A stretch of 64,000 bases of DNA from a bacterium. GTDB lineage: Bacteria; Patescibacteriota; Minisyncoccia; Portnoybacterales; JAKAHB01. Position numbers and translations under genes: made by a program. Every line of letters starts with the position of its first letter. Position 1 is the first letter of the stretch. This document shows, in pieces, positions 9,776 through 16,665 of this stretch. Below the pieces are notes generated by a model, which was not told where the DNA came from, searched no databases, and saw only the letters and a program-made list of their open reading frames with translations. The stretch spans positions 6,427 through 70,426 of the forward strand of contig JAKAHB010000002.1 of assembly GCA_021815315.1 (NCBI GenBank), given 5' to 3'.

Positions 9776-10195
9776 TCAGGCATCAAGGCCTGAACGTTTT
9801 TTTTCCGGCTCGGCCGGTTTTGGCACCGCCGGGCAGATGATAACCCCGGCGTAGTGCCCCTCCTTGAAGAACAACTCCGGCTCCTGGAGGGGCGGGAAGT
9901 TGAACCTTTTTTCCAGCGCCTCCATGAGGAGCTGGGACTCGCTCCTCCCTTCTTTTTCTCCCCCCTCCCCCGAGAACGGGATGGCCCACTTCTTGCCCAT
10001 TTCGCCCATTTCGATTTCGTAGACGTTGTAGGCAAGAATCAACGTCTTCTTGCCGTCATTATCAAGGTGGAGCGTGATCCTCAGCTGCCCTATCGGCTCT
10101 TCACCGACCAGCTCCCCGGGGTCGGCCGAAACGAGCCCACCGCAGATCACCAGCAGGGCCAAGACGATCCCCACGACCACCAGAAACTTTTTCAT
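9776..10195 (-). CDS. hypothetical secreted/lipoprotein-like protein in a GC-rich cassette
   Basis: 139 aa with N-terminal signal peptide MKKFLVVVGIVLALLVICGG. SD GGGAGG 4 nt upstream. The segment is roughly 60% GC and uses GCC/CTG/GAC-type codons, unlike its neighbours. An alternative frame (9550-10035) is judged spurious. Confidence 0.5.
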   Translation of the reverse strand: MKKFLVVVGIVLALLVICGGLVSADPGELVGEEPIGQLRITLHLDNDGKKTLILAYNVYEIEMGEMGKKWAIPFSGEGGEKEGRSESQLLMEALEKRFNFPPLQEPELFFKEGHYAGVIICPAVPKPAEPEKKRSGLDA

Positions 10196-10315
10196 GACTC
10201 CCTCCCTTTACCAGTTCCAGCTGCACCGCAGGTCCCGCTCTTGGCGCCCACGATGCCTCCTCGCGATAGTCGCCCGGTTTTCCAGCCAATGTTTTTTCAG
10301 CAAAAGTTTGCTTCT

Positions 10316-10344
10316 ATTAAAAACTTTATCCTTGATTTTGTCAA
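10316..10344 (-). promoter_or_regulatory. sigma-70-like promoter TTGACA-17-TTTAAT for the 9776-10195 ORF
   Basis: Minus-strand reading gives TTGACAaaatcaaggataaagttTTTAAT, followed by a GC-rich leader of about 110 nt. Confidence 0.45.
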
Positions 10345-10384
10345 CGGCTTTGTGCTAGGATAGCTTAGCGTTGATCTTTTTTAA

Positions 10385-12322
10385 GTGAAAAGCAATCCAA
10401 ATAAAAATCTGCTTGTTGCCGCCATTACCCCCCAATTTTTGGAGCGGGACGTTTTGTGGTTTCAAAAAAACGAAAAGGGCCTGCGTCAAGAAATAGCCGC
10501 GAGCACTTTTCTGGGCCGCGGTTTGATCAGCCTGGAAATAAATCAACAGGTTAATCTCTTTGAGCTTCTAAAAAAACTAACCGACTTTGGCTACGAGCGC
10601 GTCCAGACCTTAAGCGGCCCCGGAGAATTTTTACAACAAGGCGGCAGCCTGCAAATTTTCCCCGTTAACCAGGAACAACCCTGGCAAATAGAATTTAAGG
10701 GTAAAGAAATTGAAACCCTCGCGCCTCTTGGGCTTGAACGCCTCAAAGAAACGAAAACCTTCAAGCTCAAGTCAATCAAAACCGAGGGCCTGGCGCGGAT
10801 CCTCAAAGAAAACGACTACGCCGTGCATCTGGATCATGGCATCGGCATTTATAAGGGAGTGATTGAAAGAAACCGGGAAAAATATTTTTTGCTGGCCTAC
10901 GCCAGAAACGACAAATTACTTGTGCCGCTGAAACTGGAAGAAAAAATCTCGCCCTATGTCGGGCTGGAAAAACCGATTGTGCACCGGCTCGGCGGCAGTC
11001 TGTGGCGCAACACCAAGCGCAAAGCCAAAGAAGACACCGTTAAATTCGCCCAGCAGTTGCTCGAACTCTATGCCGCTCGCGAACAAAGCCAAGGACACGC
11101 TTTTCCTAAAGAAACTTGGATGGAGAAAGAACTGGCCGCCGATTTTCCTTATCAAGAGACGCCCGACCAAGAGAAAGCCATCGCCGAAGTTTTTTGCGAT
11201 ATGGAAAAAGAAGCAGCTATGGATCATTTGGTTTGCGGCGATGTCGGCTTTGGCAAGACCGAAGTCGCTTTACGCGCCGCTTTTAAAGCGGTCCTGGCTG
11301 GGAAACAAGCGGCCATTCTGGCTCCAACCACAATTCTGGCCAAACAACATTGGGAAACTTTTAAAGCTCGGCTGGAAAAATTCAGCGTCCGCGCCGCTTT
11401 GCTCTCTCGCCTTACTCCCCAAAAAGAGCAGCCGCGAATTATTGAAGATTTAAACGCGGGCAAAATTGATATAGTCATTGGCACCCATCGCTTAATCCAA
11501 AAAGATGTCTCCTTTAAAGACTTGGGACTGTTGGTTATAGACGAAGAACAGCGATTTGGAGTCAAACAAAAAGAAAAACTTAAAACCCTGAAAGCCAGTG
11601 TTGATGTTTTGAGTCTCTCGGCCACTCCCATTCCCCGGACCCTGCACTTGGCGCTGGCCGGTTTGCGCCGCATTTCGCAAATTACCACTCCGCCGCTGGG
11701 ACGCCGAGCTATCAAAACTTTCGTTCTGCCCTCCAACCAAAAAATCGTCGCTCAAGCAATTAATTTTGAACTGCAGAGAGGGGGTCAGGTTTATTTTTTG
11801 CACAACCGCGTCGCCACCATTGAGGCGCAAGCGCGGCAACTCAAAAAACTTTTTCCTCAAGCGAAAATCGCCCGTATCCACGGGAGGCTCAACGAGCGGG
11901 AAATGACAAGGATTATTGACGATTTCAAAAATAAGAAAATTGATATTTTGGTGGCCACCACCATTATAGAAAACGGTCTTGATTTTCCCGCTGTTAACAC
12001 CTTGCTTGTCGCCGATGCGAGCCGTTTGGGACTAGCCCAGAGCTATCAGCTCCGCGGCCGCGTCGGCCGCTCTGATCTTCAAGCCTTTGCCTATTTTCTC
12101 TATCCGGCCAAACGTTTGACCCAAAAAGCGACCCAGCGCCTGGACGCCCTGCGGGAAGCCCAAAGTTTGGGTTCGGGTTACAATCTGGCGTTGCGCGATT
12201 TGGAAATTCGCGGCGCTGGCAACATCCTGGGCCGCGAACAATCGGGGGCTCTCAATACCGTGGGGCTAAATTTGTATTATCAAATGTTAAGCGAAACGAT
12301 TGAAGAATTGAGGGGGAAATAG
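10385..12322 (+). CDS. mfd: transcription-repair coupling factor Mfd, short form
   Basis: Helicase motif I (LVCGDVGFGKTEVALRAAF) and the TRG motif (QLRGRVGRS) match Mfd. At 645 aa it appears to lack the UvrB-homology N-terminal domains and the C-terminal D7. Confidence 0.8.
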   Translation: MKSNPNKNLLVAAITPQFLERDVLWFQKNEKGLRQEIAASTFLGRGLISLEINQQVNLFELLKKLTDFGYERVQTLSGPGEFLQQGGSLQIFPVNQEQPWQIEFKGKEIETLAPLGLERLKETKTFKLKSIKTEGLARILKENDYAVHLDHGIGIYKGVIERNREKYFLLAYARNDKLLVPLKLEEKISPYVGLEKPIVHRLGGSLWRNTKRKAKEDTVKFAQQLLELYAAREQSQGHAFPKETWMEKELAADFPYQETPDQEKAIAEVFCDMEKEAAMDHLVCGDVGFGKTEVALRAAFKAVLAGKQAAILAPTTILAKQHWETFKARLEKFSVRAALLSRLTPQKEQPRIIEDLNAGKIDIVIGTHRLIQKDVSFKDLGLLVIDEEQRFGVKQKEKLKTLKASVDVLSLSATPIPRTLHLALAGLRRISQITTPPLGRRAIKTFVLPSNQKIVAQAINFELQRGGQVYFLHNRVATIEAQARQLKKLFPQAKIARIHGRLNEREMTRIIDDFKNKKIDILVATTIIENGLDFPAVNTLLVADASRLGLAQSYQLRGRVGRSDLQAFAYFLYPAKRLTQKATQRLDALREAQSLGSGYNLALRDLEIRGAGNILGREQSGALNTVGLNLYYQMLSETIEELRGK

Positions 12323-12345
12323 CATCTCAGCCAATTTCTCTGACG

Positions 12346-13332
12346 TCAAAAAGCCTCGTTTCTTGAGACAAGTCTTAGTTTTGTTCCTTCTATCCGGCCC
12401 GTGTTTAAAAAGGTGTTTAAATGTTCCCTAGAATTAAGCGTGTTGTTTGGCACCAACCCTAAAATTATTGCGATAATTTGGTCTGTTGTTTGAATAAACA
12501 TTTTCATTTCAGGAGTTTTTACAGCGGTACTCATTTTCCCAAAGTGTACCAACCTATTTCGAGCGTTTACCAACAACCGAACATTATTCCTTTGTTTATT
12601 ATTAAGACTGATGCCTAAATATTTATATAAAACATAGGATATTTTAACTTCCGATTTTGTATCTTTAAGATCTTTATCCGAAAGCCACTCTCTATTTTCA
12701 ATAGAGAATAATGACTCCCAAATTGTCCATGCGGTAAGGAAAGATTTTTCTATAATCTGCCATCGGATCATGTCCCTATATAAAATAAGAAAATATCCGT
12801 CATCGTATATATCCCTCCATTTGTTGGTTGAAACATGCTCTATCACCTTTTCAATTGCTGCATCAAATCCGGAAGAAACCCATTCCATGTCCCAAATAGG
12901 AATTCCGTTGGCAGTTTCCGGGTCAATAATTTCACCAGTGGCCTTGACCTTAAATTTTGAATTTAAATTTATAGACAACCTCAACTGACCGCCAAAAGCC
13001 GTATGCGGACGATAATCTTCTATTATTGGTTCCTCTCCGTTCCAGTCCTTAGCAAAAACATTTCTGCCAGTAAAAATAGAAAGAAAAAATAGAATGTCGT
13101 GAAGCTTTGTAAGAGCGGCATTTTCAAAGATCAAGGTTGCTTTTGCCTCTGTATCTGGGATACTCACTGTTGCGGTTATTTGATGGCTGCCTGTTATTTG
13201 GGTGACACTGTAATTAGGCATTAACCCGTACGCTTCGTCATAATTTGAAACTGCGTCAAAGACGTAATTACAAATATTTAACTGACGTACACCAGTAGGA
13301 AATTCTAAATTGTAAATAGATTTGTTCTCCAT
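12346..13332 (-). CDS. hypothetical two-domain protein with a C-terminal HEPN-like motif (Rx4-6H)
   Basis: 328 aa in an AT-rich segment. The C-terminal helical region contains NARNRLVHFG, which fits 'RNxxxH'. No other recognisable motifs. Confidence 0.45.
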   Translation of the reverse strand: MENKSIYNLEFPTGVRQLNICNYVFDAVSNYDEAYGLMPNYSVTQITGSHQITATVSIPDTEAKATLIFENAALTKLHDILFFLSIFTGRNVFAKDWNGEEPIIEDYRPHTAFGGQLRLSINLNSKFKVKATGEIIDPETANGIPIWDMEWVSSGFDAAIEKVIEHVSTNKWRDIYDDGYFLILYRDMIRWQIIEKSFLTAWTIWESLFSIENREWLSDKDLKDTKSEVKISYVLYKYLGISLNNKQRNNVRLLVNARNRLVHFGKMSTAVKTPEMKMFIQTTDQIIAIILGLVPNNTLNSREHLNTFLNTGRIEGTKLRLVSRNEAF

Positions 13333-13446
13333 AATTAATAAATTTTAATTCCATACCTCTCTATGGTGGGCTATTAATCTAGCCATACTTTATAAAACTT
13401 TTTTATCATTCTGCTAATTTCATCTTATCACTTTTATCCAGCAAAC

Positions 13447-13480
13447 AAAAAGTGCGAAAAGCAGCCCAAGCCTTGGGCTC
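13447..13480 (-). terminator. putative terminator after the anti-sigma-like gene
   Basis: gcccaag-cc-ttgggc hairpin followed by a U-rich tract on the minus strand. Confidence 0.45.
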
Positions 13481-13516
13481 GGACTGTTAAAAACACCCCT
13501 TTTTGAACAACTGCTT

Positions 13517-14275
13517 TTAATTGGGCAGGGTCATCACCTCGTGACACGCGCCCTGCGGGCATTCTTCTTCCATCATCATCCGCTGGCAAGCCCGCTGTAA
13601 AATTCTGACTCTTTGCACTATAAACCTGTCGGCCTGCTTGTTCCCTCGAATTTTTAGGCGCAGTCCCGGCCGCAGAGGCGGCAAATCCAAGGACTGGCTG
13701 GCCCGTTGAACTGGCCAGGAAACATTGTCGGAGTCTCGCAAAACAAAAGAGTCGCTATTTTTCATTTCTATAATTTGTCCCAGCAGAAGACCTTTGTTGG
13801 GTTGTTGCCAAAGATGTCTTTCCGGAAAAGTCAGATCGCAATATTGAGGAATACTGCGAGCCAAAATATCGTCCACCTTTTGCCCCAAGCCGGCGTAGAA
13901 AAACACGGCTCCCAAAGCAAAACTGGCTGCGACACTGCCGCTAAAAATAATCCAAGAACGATAACGGTAGCCGCCTTCGGTGTGCCGGAAATTATATGAA
14001 CTCAACAGCCAAAAAAGTCCCAAACAAACCAGCCAGATATAGGGGAGATTAACCAGCAATAAATTCCAAAAGCTTCTGTCCACGTACAAATAGAGATCCC
14101 AATCGTTATCGGCTAACATAAAAACCACCACCGAAAAAGCCAGACTGCCAATCACCACCAAGACCCCAAAGCCCAACCACAACAAAGAGTCTTTAAGCAA
14201 AAATTGCCAGCGCGGTTTTGGCTCCAGATGCTTCTTTTTTATTTCCTTAAAAATTTTCTCGCTGATGTTGTCCAT
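13517..14275 (-). CDS. membrane protein co-transcribed with the ECF sigma factor (candidate anti-sigma factor)
   Basis: 252 aa with about 4 predicted TM helices. It sits 4 nt downstream of the sigma gene on the same strand. Confidence 0.4.
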   Translation of the reverse strand: MDNISEKIFKEIKKKHLEPKPRWQFLLKDSLLWLGFGVLVVIGSLAFSVVVFMLADNDWDLYLYVDRSFWNLLLVNLPYIWLVCLGLFWLLSSYNFRHTEGGYRYRSWIIFSGSVAASFALGAVFFYAGLGQKVDDILARSIPQYCDLTFPERHLWQQPNKGLLLGQIIEMKNSDSFVLRDSDNVSWPVQRASQSLDLPPLRPGLRLKIRGNKQADRFIVQRVRILQRACQRMMMEEECPQGACHEVMTLPN

Positions 14276-14279
14276 AACT

Positions 14280-14867
14280 TTAAAAATCCAAATTTAGTTT
14301 TTGGGCCTCTTCTTTGAATTTCTTTTTGGCCCGGCTTATCAAGGTAGCGACCGTTCCCATCGGTTTTTTCAAAATGTCGGAAATTTCCGTATAGTTTTTA
14401 TCTTCCAAAAATTTCAGCACCAATACTTCGCGATATTTTCCGTCCAAGCGGGATAAAACTCTTTTAATTTCTCCCGTTTTTTCTTTCCAGTGTATTTCTT
14501 TGTTTAAGTCCAAGTCGGAAGCCAATCTGCTTAGCAGCTCGTCGTTGTCGCTCAAATTATCCGCCTGGGGCCGAGCCTTTTGGCGGCGAAAAGCGCTGAT
14601 AACTTCGTTATGGGTAATACGATAGATCCAGGATGAAAATTTCAACGAAGGGTCAAAATTATTAAGATTCAAATAAGCTTTCAAAAAAACATCCTGCAAA
14701 ATATCTTCGGCGTCCTGCTCGTTGGACTGGGAAATTCGGTGGATGTATCTTTTGAGCTTGGCTTCGTATCTTTGCATCAAGCACAGGTAAAAATCCTCTT
14801 CCCGCAAGGAAAGAGTTGCCAGCTCTTCGTCGGTCTTTTGTCGCAAATAATCATTATTGATTCGCAT
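14280..14867 (-). CDS. ECF-type RNA polymerase sigma-70 family factor
   Basis: About 195 aa from the internal ATG at 14865-14867, with region 2 (DILQDVFLKAYLNLNNF) and a region-4 HTH (YTEISDILKKPMGTVATLISRA). The upstream part of the ORF-track ORF is Arg/Gly-rich read-through of the GC-rich cassette. Confidence 0.85.
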   Translation of the reverse strand: MRINNDYLRQKTDEELATLSLREEDFYLCLMQRYEAKLKRYIHRISQSNEQDAEDILQDVFLKAYLNLNNFDPSLKFSSWIYRITHNEVISAFRRQKARPQADNLSDNDELLSRLASDLDLNKEIHWKEKTGEIKRVLSRLDGKYREVLVLKFLEDKNYTEISDILKKPMGTVATLISRAKKKFKEEAQKLNLDF

Positions 14868-15061
14868 GACTATACCTTGTTTTATACGCGTTTCCCCTTC
14901 TTTTCTTTCTTTATTATATAATGCCGGCCTTGCCCGTTGTAAAGACCCGACCTTATGGCGGTTCGGACGGAAGACAATTTCCGCCTTGGTGAACTTTGGC
15001 CCGGTATTTGTTTCTTGCCGCTTGTCTGTCCGTCCCAGCGAACGGCTTGTGGGGAATAAAT

Positions 15062-15093
15062 AAAAAAAGCGGGGGCCGCGTGTGCGACCCCCT
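15062..15093 (-). terminator. intrinsic terminator of the small Cys-containing ORF
   Basis: gggggtcgcacacgcggccccc hairpin followed by a U7 run on the minus strand. Confidence 0.65.
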
Positions 15094-15148
15094 TGGGTTG
15101 TTCCTCCAGAAGCGCGAGGCCTGTGGCGCTCCACCAGGCCAGGGGGGC

Positions 15149-15376
15149 CTAGGTGGTGGCGATGCTGGCCAGGACGTTGGCCAAAAGCTCCTGCTTGATG
15201 CGCACGGCGCCCTCGCCGTGCCCGATCTTGCCTTCCAACTCCGTGGCGGCGCCCACGATGATGAGGTCGCCGGTGGCCTCGTCCTTGAACACGGCCGGGC
15301 AGCAGGAGCTGCCGCCGCACCTCTGATGCAGCGGGGTTAAGTTGGTCAGGCTGACTTTCTTCTTAACGGCGCTCAT
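15149..15376 (-). CDS. small hypothetical Cys-containing protein (75 aa) in a GC-rich cassette
   Basis: Reads MSAVKKKVSLTNLTPLHQRCGGSSCCPAVFKDEATGDLIIVGAATELEGKIGHGEGAVRIKQ.... A strong SD (GAGGAGG) sits immediately upstream, with a 7-bp hairpin abutting it. The segment is about 65% GC. Confidence 0.45.
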   Translation of the reverse strand: MSAVKKKVSLTNLTPLHQRCGGSSCCPAVFKDEATGDLIIVGAATELEGKIGHGEGAVRIKQELLANVLASIATT

Positions 15377-15428
15377 AGAAACCTCCTCGCGGACCCTGCA
15401 AAGGTCCGCCGTTTTGGGTTGATTTTTT

Positions 15429-15457
15429 CATTATAGGCATTATCCCAAACTTGTCAA
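15429..15457 (-). promoter_or_regulatory. sigma-70-like promoter TTGACA-17-TATAAT for the small Cys ORF
   Basis: Minus-strand reading gives TTGACAagtttgggataatgccTATAAT. Confidence 0.5.
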
Positions 15458-15488
15458 GGGCCCACTCCAAAAAACAGTTCCGCTCTTT

Positions 15489-15527
15489 CATTTGTATCTT
15501 CCACACCTAGGCGTGGAAGATACAAAT
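15489..15527. repeat. near-perfect palindrome, copy 1 of 2
   Basis: catttgtatcttccacacctaggcgtggaagatacaaatg in a divergent promoter region. It is a paralogue of the palindrome at 51666-51702. Confidence 0.6.
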
Positions 15528-15562
15528 GAATAGAAAAATAAATAATGTGTTAAAATATTTTT

Positions 15563-16657
15563 ATGCACCCATCCGCTCAATATTTTCATGCTTTTAATTC
15601 CTTCAATGAAAAAATAGGCCCGGTTAGATTCAAAAAAATAAAAACTTATTTTGGCGACCTGCCCACCGCCTGGAAGGGTTCGGCGGAAGACTTTGTCGCC
15701 GCCGGACTGGAAGAAAGCTTGGCTCAAGAAATCGTCTTGCGCCGCCAGAATTTTGACCCCGAGACGGAACTGCAAAAAGTTTTGGACCAAAACATTGATG
15801 TTTTAACCGTTGAAGACGACGCTTATCCCCTCTTACTAAAAGAAATTCACCAGCCTCCTTTTATCCTCTACAAACAAGGCGGTTTTGAGCTACAAGACGA
15901 ATTTGCTTTGGCCATTGTCGGCTCCAGAAAATTAACAGCCTATGGCCAGCAAGCCGCTACTAAACTGGCCCGAGAATTGGCGCAGGCGGGGCTGACCATT
16001 GTTTCCGGTCTGGCTCAAGGAATTGACACTTTGGCTCATCGCCAAGCGCTTGAGGTTGGCAGCCGGACTCTGGCGGTCATCGGTTCGGGCCTTGACCAGC
16101 CCAGCATTTTCCCGCCCGGTAACCGGCATTTGGCCCAAGAGATAGCGGCCAAAGGCTGTTTGCTTTCCGAATACCCACCTAAAAGTTTGGCCTTGCCGCA
16201 TCATTTTCCGGCGCGCAACCGTATTATAAGCGGACTGGCCCTGGGAACCTTGATCGTTGAAGCCTCAATAAAGTCCGGCGCGCTGATCACCGCCCGCCAC
16301 GCCCTGGAGCAAAACCGCGAAGTCTTTGCCGTCCCCGGGCCCATCACCTCCCCCAATTCCCTTGGCCCCAACAACCTGATTAAACTAGGCGCCAAAGCGG
16401 TTACTTGCGCCCAAGACATTTTGGACGAATTAAACCTGCAATCGCTCAAACAAAACATCCAAGCGCGAGAAATTTTGCCCGACACCAAAGAAGAGGCTCT
16501 AATTCTGGAAGTTCTTATTGACGAACCCGTTCATGTTGACAAAATAATTGAGTTGACTAAACTTGACACAGCCACGATCAACTCCGTTTTGTCAATGATG
16601 GAAATAAAAGGCAAAATTAAAAACTTGGGAGGGATGAATTATATTAAGAATTTTTAA
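15563..16657 (+). CDS. dprA: DNA processing protein DprA (Smf)
   Basis: Rossmann-like DprA core (LAVIGSGLD...PARNRIISGL...ALITAR). Confidence 0.9.
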   Translation: MHPSAQYFHAFNSFNEKIGPVRFKKIKTYFGDLPTAWKGSAEDFVAAGLEESLAQEIVLRRQNFDPETELQKVLDQNIDVLTVEDDAYPLLLKEIHQPPFILYKQGGFELQDEFALAIVGSRKLTAYGQQAATKLARELAQAGLTIVSGLAQGIDTLAHRQALEVGSRTLAVIGSGLDQPSIFPPGNRHLAQEIAAKGCLLSEYPPKSLALPHHFPARNRIISGLALGTLIVEASIKSGALITARHALEQNREVFAVPGPITSPNSLGPNNLIKLGAKAVTCAQDILDELNLQSLKQNIQAREILPDTKEEALILEVLIDEPVHVDKIIELTKLDTATINSVLSMMEIKGKIKNLGGMNYIKNF

Positions 16658-16665
16658 TTAGAGTT

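Noticed and set aside
9550-10035. 161-aa minus-strand ORF (Arg/Ser-rich) overlapping the 9776-10195 ORF in another frame.
   Set aside because: Low-complexity Arg/Ser/Gly composition typical of an off-frame read of GC-rich DNA. It runs through the terminator and promoter at 9668-9762. The in-frame 139-aa ORF with signal peptide and SD is preferred.
14868-15320. Upstream 150-aa extension of the sigma-factor ORF (MRRQLLLPGRVQGRGHRRPHHRGRRH...).
   Set aside because: The Arg/Gly-rich extension arises from reading the GC-rich cassette in a wrong frame and crosses a terminator (15062-15093). The ATG at 14865-14867 gives a normal-length ECF sigma.
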